DNA from: Cellvibrio sp.
GTDB lineage: Bacteria; Pseudomonadota; Gammaproteobacteria; Pseudomonadales; Cellvibrionaceae
DNA length: 64,000 nt
Direction of reading: 5' to 3'
Assembly (NCBI GenBank): GCA_035490615.1
Contig: DATJLH010000228.1
Coordinates: forward strand, 1,025 to 65,024
Shown here: piece after piece, positions 29,813 through 40,236 of the stretch
Layout of the letters: each line of letters begins with the position of its first letter
How positions within the stretch are numbered: position 1 is the first letter of the stretch
Notes under the pieces: generated by a model
Databases searched by the model: none
What the model was told of the DNA's origin: nothing
Seen by the model: only the letters and a program-made list of their open reading frames with translations
Made by a program: the position numbers and the translations under genes

Positions 29813-30421
29813 TTAAGCCGCCAGCACACCGGAATGAAAACGGAATTCTGTATCCGGACTTTCAATCAAGGTTTTTTCCAACTGCAAAAAAACGTTGATA
29901 CGATCATCAATGCTTTTACCATCAGCCGCCTTGCGGGCCAGGTGCAGATAGTCTTCATAATGCCTTGCTTCGGATTTCAGCAGAGACAAATAAAATGTTT
30001 GCAGCTCCTCATCCAGATGCGGTGCCACCTTGGCGAAACGCTCGCAGGAGCGTGCTTCAATAATAGCGCCCACAATCAAGGTGTCGATAAATCGCGCCGG
30101 CTCGTGGGTGCGCACCGGTTTACGCAACTCTGACGCATAACGGCAGGGTGTAATTTGTTCATAGGCAATGCCGCGTGCCTCCATGATCGCCATCACCTGT
30201 TCGTAATGACGCAGTTCTTCGCGGGCCAGGCGCGACATCTTGTGCATCATTTCAAAATCGCCAACGTAGCGATACATAAGGGTTAATGCTGTTGAGGCGG
30301 CTTTTTTTTCACAGTTCGCATGATCAAGCAACAAGAGTGATTGATGTTGCAGCGCACTTTGTACCCAGGCTTCCGGGGTTTCGCATAATAAGAATTGATT
30401 AATTTTGGTTAGTGCATTCAT
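29813..30421 (-). CDS. miaE: tRNA-(ms2io6A)-hydroxylase MiaE
   Basis: DHANCEKKAA, EELRH, IEARSCERF, SEARH di-iron motifs. Confidence 0.92.
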   Translation of the reverse strand: MNALTKINQFLLCETPEAWVQSALQHQSLLLLDHANCEKKAASTALTLMYRYVGDFEMMHKMSRLAREELRHYEQVMAIMEARGIAYEQITPCRYASELRKPVRTHEPARFIDTLIVGAIIEARSCERFAKVAPHLDEELQTFYLSLLKSEARHYEDYLHLARKAADGKSIDDRINVFLQLEKTLIESPDTEFRFHSGVLAA

Positions 30422-30446
30422 GGGATATTAAGTAACGGTTAATGTT

Positions 30447-30476
30447 GTCGGATTACGCTTCGCTAATCCGACCTAT
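30447..30476 (-). repeat. REP element overlapping the DUF1289 stop codon
   Basis: ATAG-GTCGGATTAGCGAAGCGTAATCCGAC on minus strand. Confidence 0.8.
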
Positions 30477-30940
30477 TTGGCGTTGGCTTGCAAGCCTGGT
30501 TCTATGTAGCGCTCATAGTAAGCACAGGAAAGTGCGTAAAAATCCTGGTCGATCGTATCACGGACGTCCTTTAGCGATGCGTTTCGCCAAGCGGGTTGCA
30601 AGCGCAAGCCATAAGCTTCCAGATCGGTAATCTGGCTTGCACCTGCGCGCAACAAATCAAACACCCAACAATAAGGATTTTGCTCTTCCTTAAAAAGAAT
30701 TTGTTGATGCTTGATCTGTTGCAGCAACAATCGCGCATCAACCACTTCAATAATATTTTCCACCACCTGGGTTAAAAAACCCTCAAGACGCTGGGCAATG
30801 ATCACACGCTGTTCGTGACTGTAGGCATTCCAGTCAATCACTTCGTGGGCAAAGCGTTTGCATCCACGACAGACACTGTCGCCGATGCCGGTCGAGCAAA
30901 TGCCGACGCAGGGTGTTCTTACCGGTTTAAAAAGACGCAT
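30473..30940 (-). CDS. DUF1289 domain protein
   Basis: TPCVGICSTGIGDSVCRGCKRFAHEVIDWN. Confidence 0.85.
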   Translation of the reverse strand: MRLFKPVRTPCVGICSTGIGDSVCRGCKRFAHEVIDWNAYSHEQRVIIAQRLEGFLTQVVENIIEVVDARLLLQQIKHQQILFKEEQNPYCWVFDLLRAGASQITDLEAYGLRLQPAWRNASLKDVRDTIDQDFYALSCAYYERYIEPGLQANAK

Positions 30941-31009
30941 CAGAAAATCAATCGCCAGTCGTCGGCAACCTGAAAGGGCTAACCTTTTCAGGTTACCGGA
31001 TTAACATGA

Positions 31010-32050
31010 TCAATAAGGGAAACCAGCAACATCCAGGTCGATCGACCAGACCGCTCCGGCTCCGGTTAAGTACAAGGTTTTACCTTCCGCGCCACCGAAA
31101 GCGGCGTTGGTAATATTTGCATCGACACTGATAGTCGCCAGATGCTCACCCGCCGGGGTGAAAACACGCACGCGTTGCGCGGTGTGCTCGGTCACGTAGA
31201 TATTGCCCAGGCAATCGATTGCCATACCATCGGGAACCTGTATACCTTCGACGAGATTTTTTCCTTCGCCGGGCTGACCGTCCACAATGGGATAGGCACG
31301 CAAGAACCCGTTTTCGCCGCCACCTGCAACATAAAGTACGTCCTGAGCCGGCGACAGGGAAATACCGTTAGGGTTGCTGATGCTATCGTCGACAACACTC
31401 ACACTGCCCGTAGCCGAGATGCGAAATACCTGGGTCTTTTCTTGTCCACCCGGCGCTGCACTGCGCTGGAAGTCCGGGTCAGTAAAATAAATCGTGCCGT
31501 CGCGGGCTTCGGTTAGATCATTGGGCGAGTTAAATGCGCTGCCCTGATATTCACCCACTATTTTTTCGCGCTGACCGGTTTGCAAATCAAGGCGTGAAAC
31601 CGTTTTATCGGCGTGTACACCACCGATAAGCGCACCTTCACTGTCGACGGCCAGGCCGTTAGTTCCACTGTCTTCAATAACGGTTTCCATGGAGCCATCC
31701 GCATTCAAACGTTGTACGCGCGACGGAAAACCTTCCTGAAACGTAAAATCTGAAAAATAAAGTGCACCGTTTAACCAGACCGGCCCTTCATACAAACCGG
31801 GTTCACTGCGGCGGGAATCAGCCGTTTCTATACGCGTTGCCGTCAAGTCGCCGGCGGGCGCTTTACCGGGATTGGCCGGACAATTCCAGGATGAATACCG
31901 GGGTACCACCGGCACTTCTTGTTTGGGAATAGCGGCGTCAACTGCTTTTTGTTCGGCTTGCGACTCCGGTTGCGGCGTTGCAGATTTCTCACAGGCCACC
32001 AAGCCCAAAATTGTCAGGGCCCCAATAACGGGATAAATAATTTTTTTCAT
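31010..32050 (-). CDS. SMP-30/gluconolactonase/LRE family lipoprotein
   Basis: Lipobox LVAC; EGPVW, NGLAVD, NSPND, PNGI, PDGM beta-propeller motifs. Confidence 0.88.
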   Translation of the reverse strand: MKKIIYPVIGALTILGLVACEKSATPQPESQAEQKAVDAAIPKQEVPVVPRYSSWNCPANPGKAPAGDLTATRIETADSRRSEPGLYEGPVWLNGALYFSDFTFQEGFPSRVQRLNADGSMETVIEDSGTNGLAVDSEGALIGGVHADKTVSRLDLQTGQREKIVGEYQGSAFNSPNDLTEARDGTIYFTDPDFQRSAAPGGQEKTQVFRISATGSVSVVDDSISNPNGISLSPAQDVLYVAGGGENGFLRAYPIVDGQPGEGKNLVEGIQVPDGMAIDCLGNIYVTEHTAQRVRVFTPAGEHLATISVDANITNAAFGGAEGKTLYLTGAGAVWSIDLDVAGFPY

Positions 32051-32421
32051 TAAAGCGCTCCTTTTTTTACTGTTTTTTTGCTGCATAAAATGAGGCTGAC
32101 AACATAGCACAGCCGCCGGCTAAAAACGTGATTTACCATGGAAATATCCGTGAATAAGCCGGGTTATCAGACCACGATGTCTACTAATTGATCGGTTGAT
32201 CTACCCCGAATATAACGAAAATGCGATCAGCTATACGAATCTGTGCAAGCTGCGCCCTGGCCCCGGAACTCGGGTTAACAGTTTATAGGGGTTCATGTAT
32301 AATTTGCGCCCAATTTGCACCCCCTGCCAGGGTTGTAGATTCATCCATGTAGGTCATGGATAGCCTCCTGACGCAGAGATCCTGCCGAGGGAGTAATCTC
32401 ACAAATCAGAGGATATAAACC

Positions 32422-35040
32422 GTGCTTGAAGCCTATCGCAACCATGTCGCAGAACGCGCAGCAGAAGGAGTTCCACCCAAACCACTCAATGCCGAACAAG
32501 TCGCAGGTCTGGTGGAATTACTGAAAAACCCTCCCGCTAACGAAGAACAAACCCTGCTTGACCTGATCACCAATCGCGTTCCGCCAGGCGTGGATGAAGC
32601 AGCCTACGTTAAAGCCGCTTTCCTGAGTGCTATCGTCAAAGGCGAAGCCTCCTCCCCCCTGATTGATAAGCCCCATGCGATCAAACTGCTCGGCATGATG
32701 CTCGGCGGATACAACATTGAAACCCTGGTCAATGCACTCGACGATGCTGAACTCGCATCACTGGCCGCTGAGCAACTCAAGCACACCCTGCTGATGTTTG
32801 ATGCTTTCCACGATGTGGAAGAAAAAGCCAAAGCCGGCAACGCCAATGCACAAGCGGTACTGCAATCCTGGGCCGATGGTGAATGGTTCACCAAACGCGA
32901 TAAGGTACCGGAAAGTATCAAATTAACCGTATTCAAAGTCACCGGCGAAACCAACACCGATGACCTTTCCCCCGCGCCCGATGCCTGGTCGCGCCCGGAC
33001 ATCCCGCTACGCGCACTAGCCATGTTCAAGATGGCCCGCGAAGGCCTGACACCAGACGAGCCAGGCAGCATCGGCCCGATCAAACAAATCGAGCAACTGA
33101 AAACCAAAGGCTATCCATTAGCGTTTGTGGGTGATGTGGTCGGCACCGGCTCTTCCCGTAAATCTGCCACCAACTCCGTGCTGTGGTTTATCGGCGAAGA
33201 TATTCCCGGCGTGCCCAACAAGCGCACGGGTGGTGTGTGTATCGGCAGTAAAGTCGCACCGATCTTCTACAACACCATGGAAGATGCGGGCGCGTTGGTA
33301 TTTGAAGCCCCGGTGGACAACCTGAACATGGGCGATGCGATTGAAATTCGCCCGTATGAAGGCAAGATTCTCAATATCGAGACCGGCGCGGTCATCTCTG
33401 AATTCAGCCTGAAGTCCGATGTATTACTGGACGAAGTCCAGGCTGGTGGCCGTATTCCATTGATCATCGGTCGCGGCCTGACCACCAAGGCGCGCGCTTC
33501 TCTGGGCTTGCCTGCAAGCACCCTGTTCCGCTTGCCCCAGGCGCCAGTAGACAGCGGCAAAGGTTATACCCTCGCACAGAAAATGGTGGGTAAAGCCTGC
33601 GGTACCACCGGTATTCGCCCCGGCACCTACTGTGAACCCTACATGACCACCGTGGGCTCCCAGGACACCACCGGCCCGATGACGCGCGACGAGCTGAAAG
33701 ACCTGGCCTGTCTCGGCTTCTCCGCCGATCTGACCATGCAGTCCTTCTGCCACACGGCGGCTTACCCCAAGCCGGTGGACATTGAGACCCAGCACACCCT
33801 GCCGGACTTCATCATGACCCGTGGCGGCGTGTCCCTGCGTCCGGGCGACGGCATCATCCACAGCTGGCTGAACCGCATGCTGTTGCCCGACACTGTCGGC
33901 ACCGGCGGCGACTCTCACACCCGTTTCCCTATCGGTATCTCCTTCCCGGCCGGTTCTGGCCTGGTGGCATTTGCCGCGGCAACCGGCGTTATGCCATTGG
34001 ATATGCCGGAGTCGGTACTGGTGCGCTTCAAAGGCGAAATGCAACCGGGCATCACCCTGCGCGATCTGGTTAACGCCATTCCGCTGTACGCCATCAAGCA
34101 AGGCTTGTTGACTGTCGAGAAGAAAGGCAAAAAGAACATCTTCTCTGGCCGCATTCTGGAAGTAGAAGGTCTGCCCAAGCTGAAAGTTGAGCAGGCGTTT
34201 GAAATCTCTGATGCCTCTGCTGAGCGTTCTGCTGCCGGCTGTACTATCAAGCTGGATAAAGAACCGATCATTGAGTACCTGAACTCCAACATCACCATGC
34301 TGCGCTGGATGATCGAACAAGGTTACGGCGATGTCCGCACCCTTGAGCGCCGTGCACGCAAGATGGAAGAGTGGCTGGCGAATCCGGTGCTGATGGAAGC
34401 CGATGCCGATGCGGAATACGCAGCGGTCATTGAGATTGATCTGGCCGATGTGAAAGAACCGATCCTCGCCTGCCCTAACGATCCAGACGATGTGAAAGTA
34501 TTGTCCGAAGTTGCCGGTGACAAGATTGATGAAGTCTTTATCGGTTCGTGCATGACCAACATCGGTCACTTCCGTGCGGCGGGCAAACTGCTTGACGCCA
34601 CCAAAGATGAATTGTCTACCCGTCTGTGGATTGCGCCACCGACCAAGATGGACGAGCATCAATTGATGGAAGAAGGCTTCTACAATATTTACGGCCGTAA
34701 AGGTGCACGCACTGAGATGCCCGGCTGCTCATTGTGTATGGGTAACCAGGCACGCGTTGCCCCAAACTCGACGGTGGTATCGACCTCAACCCGTAACTTC
34801 CCCAACCGTCTTGGCAACGGCGCCAATGTGTATCTGGCATCGGCCGAGCTGGCGGCAGTAGCAGCGGTGTTGGGCAAACTGCCTAACTTTGACGAGTACA
34901 TGCAGTACGCGCAGAAACTCGACAGCATGTCCGGTGATATTTATCGTTACCTCAACTTCAATGAAATTGAGAGCTACCAAAAATCAGCGGATGAAGGCAA
35001 GCGCATTGCTGCTGTGGAAATTCAAACAGTCGCCGTTTAA
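32422..35040 (+). CDS. acnB: Aconitate hydratase B
   Basis: [48 protein letters not shown]; 872 aa. Confidence 0.97.
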   Translation: MLEAYRNHVAERAAEGVPPKPLNAEQVAGLVELLKNPPANEEQTLLDLITNRVPPGVDEAAYVKAAFLSAIVKGEASSPLIDKPHAIKLLGMMLGGYNIETLVNALDDAELASLAAEQLKHTLLMFDAFHDVEEKAKAGNANAQAVLQSWADGEWFTKRDKVPESIKLTVFKVTGETNTDDLSPAPDAWSRPDIPLRALAMFKMAREGLTPDEPGSIGPIKQIEQLKTKGYPLAFVGDVVGTGSSRKSATNSVLWFIGEDIPGVPNKRTGGVCIGSKVAPIFYNTMEDAGALVFEAPVDNLNMGDAIEIRPYEGKILNIETGAVISEFSLKSDVLLDEVQAGGRIPLIIGRGLTTKARASLGLPASTLFRLPQAPVDSGKGYTLAQKMVGKACGTTGIRPGTYCEPYMTTVGSQDTTGPMTRDELKDLACLGFSADLTMQSFCHTAAYPKPVDIETQHTLPDFIMTRGGVSLRPGDGIIHSWLNRMLLPDTVGTGGDSHTRFPIGISFPAGSGLVAFAAATGVMPLDMPESVLVRFKGEMQPGITLRDLVNAIPLYAIKQGLLTVEKKGKKNIFSGRILEVEGLPKLKVEQAFEISDASAERSAAGCTIKLDKEPIIEYLNSNITMLRWMIEQGYGDVRTLERRARKMEEWLANPVLMEADADAEYAAVIEIDLADVKEPILACPNDPDDVKVLSEVAGDKIDEVFIGSCMTNIGHFRAAGKLLDATKDELSTRLWIAPPTKMDEHQLMEEGFYNIYGRKGARTEMPGCSLCMGNQARVAPNSTVVSTSTRNFPNRLGNGANVYLASAELAAVAAVLGKLPNFDEYMQYAQKLDSMSGDIYRYLNFNEIESYQKSADEGKRIAAVEIQTVAV

Positions 35041-35056
35041 ACGATTGTTCTGCTGC

Positions 35057-35088
35057 AATAAAAAACCCGCTTCGGCGGGTTTTTTATT
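35057..35088. terminator. Bidirectional terminator between acnB and the chitinase gene
   Basis: AATAAAAAACCCGC-TTCG-GCGGGTTTTTTATT. Confidence 0.92.
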
Positions 35089-35112
35089 GGGCGCTTCGTG
35101 GAAGGAGTGTTT

Positions 35113-36279
35113 TTACGGCACCGATTTTTCGCGATAAATGGTCTCCACTAAACCGTCTTTATCACTGTCATGGGGCAGTTGCCAAAACATAATGCCACCG
35201 AGCTGGCGGGCTTTGATATAACGCACTTTGGCAGAGATAGAGCGCTTATCATCGAAGGTCGCAAAAATCTTTTTCTTTTCATTGTAAATAATAGGCGCCT
35301 TGGCAATATTGTCCCAGTAGTAAACATAGCCCTCTTCCGGTACGTACACGCTGGCATAGTCTTTAAACTTCGCACCTTCGATGTGGTTGCCAGGCTGATA
35401 CAGACCCAGGTTTACATTCTCGACATTTTCCCAGGAGCGCGCATAAAACGCGGCACCGATAACAATTTTTTCCGCCGGCACACCTTTACTCAATAAGAAT
35501 TGCACCGCGTTATCCGTAGAGTCTTTTTGTTCCGGTGTGGAGTAAAGCGCAGTGTGATGCCCTGTATGCGGTGTCGCGCCGTTAACGATGTCGTAACTCA
35601 TCAGATTGACGTTATCAAACAGCGGCATAATTGCATCCCAATCCACCGCGTTCTGCAAAAAATTATCGAAGCCTCCGGCGGCAAAACTTAATTCATAGCG
35701 ATCACCAAAGCTATCGCGTAACGCCTGGGTCAACGCCGTGAAATTATCCTTATCATAATCCGCATAAGGGTGGCCGGGATGGCCGGGGATTGTCGGGTAC
35801 TCCCAATCCAGATCGATACCATCTGCGCCGTATTCTTCAATAATCGCCAAGGTGGACTGTGCAAACGCCGAACGATTTTCCGCACTGTTGAAAACCTCGG
35901 AACAGGTTTCACAGCCGCCCCAACCTCCGAGTGATAACATCACCTTGAGATGCGGGTGCTGCTCTTTTAATGCAACGAGACGCTGCAGCGCCAACTTGTC
36001 TGTGTCTGAATCAAAACTGAGTTGATTGCCATTCAGGTGCAGGAAGCTGTAGATGATGTGAGTAAGGTGATTGAAGTTGTAACGCTCCAGATCAGAACCG
36101 TCTCCCATGTAATAAGCAATCACTTTGAAATCGTGCAAAGGTGGTTGTTTCGGCATGACAGCGGTGTCACTCTCTGCTTGCGGTTGAATAACGTCAGAAG
36201 AAGCTGTTCCATCATCCTGACACCCCATCAAGAGGACGGCCAGAAGTAAACCAAAACACATCAGGTATAAGGATTTCAT
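35113..36279 (-). CDS. GH18 chitinase-family lipoprotein
   Basis: Lipobox LMGC; SLGGW, DGIDLDWEY catalytic DxDxE motif, MSYD, GGIMFW. Confidence 0.88.
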   Translation of the reverse strand: MKSLYLMCFGLLLAVLLMGCQDDGTASSDVIQPQAESDTAVMPKQPPLHDFKVIAYYMGDGSDLERYNFNHLTHIIYSFLHLNGNQLSFDSDTDKLALQRLVALKEQHPHLKVMLSLGGWGGCETCSEVFNSAENRSAFAQSTLAIIEEYGADGIDLDWEYPTIPGHPGHPYADYDKDNFTALTQALRDSFGDRYELSFAAGGFDNFLQNAVDWDAIMPLFDNVNLMSYDIVNGATPHTGHHTALYSTPEQKDSTDNAVQFLLSKGVPAEKIVIGAAFYARSWENVENVNLGLYQPGNHIEGAKFKDYASVYVPEEGYVYYWDNIAKAPIIYNEKKKIFATFDDKRSISAKVRYIKARQLGGIMFWQLPHDSDKDGLVETIYREKSVP

Positions 36280-36450
36280 AAATAGTTAACCCCGTATTGA
36301 AGGAATATCATTGCCAATATCATTTTATTTTTTTCGGGCGCGGCCCGAACAAGCGGGGTTATAGTGCAATAAATATCGACCAATTTGAAAGGAAGTTTTG
36401 TTAAGGAATGCTTAACTGTCTCATTTGCAGTTGTCCACAAGGTTATCACC

Positions 36451-37287
36451 ATGAAAGGTAATAAAAGTATTTTGATCACCGGCGCCTCTACCGGCATTGG
36501 TTACCATTGCGCAAAAGCATTGCAGGCGGATGGCTACCAGGTGATTGCCTCCTGTCGCAAACTCACCGATGTATCACGTCTCCAGGCTGATGGACTGACG
36601 TGCATCCAACTGGACCTGACAGATTCCGCCAGTATTGAACGGGCGGTAAGCCAAACATTGGAACTCACAAAGGGAGAACTTTATGGATTATTCAACAACG
36701 GGGCTTATGGCCAACCCGGCGCCGTAGAAGACCTGAGTCGCGATGTGTTGCGCCGCCAATTTGAAACCAATGTGTTCGGATGGCTGGAGCTCACCAATAA
36801 AATTCTGCCGCTCATGATTCAGCAGGGCCAGGGACGCATTATCCAGAATAGCTCGATCCTCGGTTTCGCGGCCATGCCGTTGCGGGGAGCATACAATGCC
36901 AGCAAGTTCGCCCTTGAGGGGCTGACGGATACCTTGCGACTTGAGCTGGACGGCACCGGCGTGTATGTCAGCCTTATTGAGCCGGGCCCTATTCTCAGTG
37001 ACTTTCGCAAAAATGCTCTCATTGCATTGAAGGCCAATATCAATATTGAAAAGAGCCGCTTTGCCGATCAATATGCATCGGCCATACAGCGACTCAGCAA
37101 ACCCGGCCCAGCCGCGCCCTTTACCCTGGGACCAGAGGCAGTCTACCGGCGTTTAAAACACGCGCTGGAAAGTGATTCACCTAAACCACGCTATTGCGTT
37201 ACATTTCCGACATATTTAATGAGCATTCTGCAACGTATATTAAGTACGCGGATGATGGACAGGGTCTTGCGTCGCGCGGGCAATTAA
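36451..37287 (+). CDS. SDR family oxidoreductase (YbbO-like)
   Basis: ITGASTGIG, NNG, YNASK catalytic motif. Confidence 0.88.
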   Translation: MKGNKSILITGASTGIGYHCAKALQADGYQVIASCRKLTDVSRLQADGLTCIQLDLTDSASIERAVSQTLELTKGELYGLFNNGAYGQPGAVEDLSRDVLRRQFETNVFGWLELTNKILPLMIQQGQGRIIQNSSILGFAAMPLRGAYNASKFALEGLTDTLRLELDGTGVYVSLIEPGPILSDFRKNALIALKANINIEKSRFADQYASAIQRLSKPGPAAPFTLGPEAVYRRLKHALESDSPKPRYCVTFPTYLMSILQRILSTRMMDRVLRRAGN

Positions 37288-37444
37288 GTTTCGGTTAAGT
37301 CAGGGGCTGGCACTATCGGGCGAAAAAGCCACAGGAATTACTGACCCTTAGCCGGGTCAAAATGCACGAGCAATCCGGCCGGAGCTCTCTATCAACGGCA
37401 TATCATCCATCAACGGTATCCACCTGACACCTTGAGGTAATCAC

Positions 37445-37765
37445 ATGAAAATTTGCGCTTATCTCGCGCTCCTCCTTGGCGGATTATATTTACAACCCGC
37501 ATTGGCGGATTCAATGCGTTGCAGCAACTCGCTGATCCAAACCGGAGACACCAAAGCGGATGTTATCGACCGGTGCGGGGAGCCCGTGTTTACCGATAGC
37601 TATTGCGAGCCCATCACCATCGTCGGCCAAGCCAACACCACCATCATTGTCCCTTGCGAAGAAGTTGACTTGTGGACTTACCATCCCGGTTCCGGCCAAT
37701 TCATTCAACACCTCTATTTCAAACGCGGCAAACTCCAGGCGATTAAAAACGGACGGCGCCTGTAA
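37445..37765 (+). CDS. Exported DUF2845 family protein
   Basis: Signal peptide; MRC..LI..GD...V..RCGEP...WTY. Confidence 0.75.
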   Translation: MKICAYLALLLGGLYLQPALADSMRCSNSLIQTGDTKADVIDRCGEPVFTDSYCEPITIVGQANTTIIVPCEEVDLWTYHPGSGQFIQHLYFKRGKLQAIKNGRRL

Positions 37766-37815
37766 TCTTCAGGCGCTCCCCCTCCTTGAAAAAGGGGGTT
37801 GCGGATGATGAAATA

Positions 37816-37850
37816 CTGTATATAATCACAACACCTGTATAAATAAACAG
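37816..37850. promoter_or_regulatory. Two tandem SOS (LexA) boxes
   Basis: CTGTATATAATCACAA (37816-37831, one mismatch) and CTGTATAAATAAACAG (37835-37850, perfect CTG-N10-CAG). Confidence 0.88.
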
Positions 37851-37868
37851 ATTCATCAGGAGCGCCCC

Positions 37869-38471
37869 ATGGCCAATCTGACCTCCCGTCAGGAACAAGT
37901 CCTGCAGTTGATCAAGAGCTACACCGAAGAAACCGGTTATCCGCCAACGCGTGCAGAGATTGCTCGCATACTCGGTTATAAGTCTGCCAACGCTGCTGAA
38001 GAACATATCAAAGCCCTGGCAAGGAAAGGGGCAATCGAAATTATTCCCGGCGCATCGCGCGGAATTCGTTTGCCGGAATCCCATAATGGTATTCCTGTCG
38101 TCGGTCGGGTTGCAGCCGGTAGCCCTATCCTTGCCCAGGAACATATCGAAGATTACTGCAACATCCCCTACAGCTTCTTTTCTCCCAGCGCGGATTACCT
38201 ACTGCGTGTGCAGGGTATGAGCATGAAGGATGCCGGTATCCTGGATGGCGACCTACTCGCGGTGCATAGGACTGATCAGGCGCGCAATGGCCAGATTGTT
38301 GTGGCGCGCATCGGCGAGGAAGTGACGGTGAAACGTTTCAAACGTATCGGTAATCGGGCTCAAGTCGAACTCTGGCCGGAGAATCCTGACTTTAACGTAA
38401 TTGAAGTGGATCTGCGGGATCAGGATTTCTGTATCGAGGGTTTAAGCGTAGGAGTAATCCGTCGTGACTAA
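37869..38471 (+). CDS. lexA: SOS repressor LexA
   Basis: [14 protein letters not shown] cleavage site, GMSM serine, VTVKR lysine. Confidence 0.96.
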   Translation: MANLTSRQEQVLQLIKSYTEETGYPPTRAEIARILGYKSANAAEEHIKALARKGAIEIIPGASRGIRLPESHNGIPVVGRVAAGSPILAQEHIEDYCNIPYSFFSPSADYLLRVQGMSMKDAGILDGDLLAVHRTDQARNGQIVVARIGEEVTVKRFKRIGNRAQVELWPENPDFNVIEVDLRDQDFCIEGLSVGVIRRD

Positions 38472-38871
38472 TACCGTACGTATTGATGAACAACCCGGCG
38501 GTGCACCCCGCTATAACCAGGGCGTGACTGAGCTGGTATTAACCAGTCATTCTCCGGAGCAGGCGGCGCTGTTATTGCCAATGCTGGCCTATCTCAGCAA
38601 GACCTGCCACGACCGTTGGATTACCTGGGTTGCGCCGCACAACATTACACGTCAATCACTGGAAAGCTTTGGCATCGATACCCGGTTGATCCGTCTGATT
38701 CACTGCCATGAACAACACAACACTTTGTGGATTACATGGGAAGCGCTGGCGGCAGGTAACAGCCACACTGTTATCGCCAGTCCCGGCAAATTAACTGACA
38801 AGGAATTGAAACAGTTGGAAGCTGCTGCGATGCGTGGCAATTGCCAAGGGTTATTACTGCGCGTGCGGTAG
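38464..38871 (+). CDS. sulA: SulA-like cell division inhibitor
   Basis: [25 protein letters not shown]; overlaps the lexA stop. Confidence 0.75.
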   Translation: MTNTVRIDEQPGGAPRYNQGVTELVLTSHSPEQAALLLPMLAYLSKTCHDRWITWVAPHNITRQSLESFGIDTRLIRLIHCHEQHNTLWITWEALAAGNSHTVIASPGKLTDKELKQLEAAAMRGNCQGLLLRVR

Positions 38872-38922
38872 GTCATTGAGAGATATCAAAAAGACGTAGG
38901 GGCACGGAAAGCCCCAATAGAA

Positions 38923-39183
38923 TCAGTGCAGAATCGGCTTCTCAAATTCAGGAATGCCTTCAGAAAACTCATCCAGATGCTCCTGCTCCGCCAGCTCAGT
39001 GGCGGCTTCCATCCCGGCTTCAATCATCGCTTTCGCGACCTCAAACTTTCCTTCCCCCATAAAAGCCAGGGATTCTGCTGAAAAACAAAGCCGCACCAAA
39101 GGCTCTCCACCCTCATCATCGACTTTTCTCAGCACGACATCGCCGTTAGGTAGCTCGGCAATTTCATATAGCGTTGATGGCAT
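38923..39183 (-). CDS. Conserved hypothetical protein
   Basis: 86 aa acidic ORF (YEIAELPNGDVVLR...EVAKAMI) convergent with sulA. Confidence 0.65.
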   Translation of the reverse strand: MPSTLYEIAELPNGDVVLRKVDDEGGEPLVRLCFSAESLAFMGEGKFEVAKAMIEAGMEAATELAEQEHLDEFSEGIPEFEKPILH

Positions 39184-39258
39184 ACTAACCTCTATTGTTT
39201 TGCAGTGTTGGCCTGCAAAGAAAAAAACGGCTTTATTCTAACATTAACCCGCCCTGCA

Positions 39259-40236
39259 TCAATCATCCCGCCCCGTGTTAACCACCGCGTTAACACCCAT
39301 ATTAACCTCCGTATTAACCCCCGTAACCAAGGTCACCTGATATCCCTGCGCTTGAAACAGCGCTACCAGCCCATCCTCACCCAACATATGACCAATACCC
39401 ACAACCAGAAAAATTTTTTGCGCTTTTTTCATATATGCATTAATTGTTTTCAGCATTTGCTTGTTGCGTTCAACAAAAATAAATTGATAGAGCCTGTGCC
39501 CCAATTTTCTCTGGCGAAATGAACTGAATACCAATTCATTTAATTGGGGTTCATCACCTTGATACCAGGCATCTGCCAATCTTTTCAAGCTTTCCTCTGC
39601 CTTGCCCTGCTCATTCAAGGTAACCTGCAAAAATTCAATTTGTTCAGCATCACTTAACTGATTAAATAACTGCATTTGTTCATCAAGTGACTCCAACTCC
39701 AGAATAATTTTTTTATCCCGTGAGGCAGTCAGAAAATATTTGTCCAGACCCAACGCCTGCTGATAATCACTGCGTGACAATTGCATATTGGTTAACTGCA
39801 TAGCTGCCAACCAAGGTTTAAATCGTTTCAACCGCTGCGCATCGCCTCCCAGATTCTCGGATACTTGCGTTAATGTTTTCCACATTTGCGCTCCGAGCTG
39901 GGTTTGTAAATTTTTCTCGCCGGGGTAATAGCCATATTGCTTGAGGGCCGCACGCACTTTTTCTCCATCCAGTGCATCGATATCCAATTCAACAGCCAAT
40001 ACATCTGAATCTCGATGCGCCTGAAGCACGGCATCAGGCAAAGGATAGAATGCCTCATCGCCGTAATGTAACGAGCCAAATAAGTACAAGCGAACCCGGG
40101 AATCCTTATCCTGCACCTGCCATAGCAAGGGTTGCGATGCAGCATGCAAAGCGGAGCTATAGAAGCAAGTAACAATAATCCACAAAAATGTTCTGCGCTT
40201 CGCAATCACCGAATGAAGGCACAGTTTCATATGCAT
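39259..40236 (-). CDS. TraB/GumN family protein
   Basis: PLLW, YLFGSLH, ELESLDEQ, ERN..M, VVGIGHM.G..G. Confidence 0.85.
   Translation of the reverse strand: MHMKLCLHSVIAKRRTFLWIIVTCFYSSALHAASQPLLWQVQDKDSRVRLYLFGSLHYGDEAFYPLPDAVLQAHRDSDVLAVELDIDALDGEKVRAALKQYGYYPGEKNLQTQLGAQMWKTLTQVSENLGGDAQRLKRFKPWLAAMQLTNMQLSRSDYQQALGLDKYFLTASRDKKIILELESLDEQMQLFNQLSDAEQIEFLQVTLNEQGKAEESLKRLADAWYQGDEPQLNELVFSSFRQRKLGHRLYQFIFVERNKQMLKTINAYMKKAQKIFLVVGIGHMLGEDGLVALFQAQGYQVTLVTGVNTEVNMGVNAVVNTGRDD

Noticed and set aside
32388-32400. GGGAGTAATCT resembling the start of the yybP-ykoY motif in the acnB leader
   Set aside because: Remaining aptamer elements (CAACAGAC loop, GAGACC) are absent
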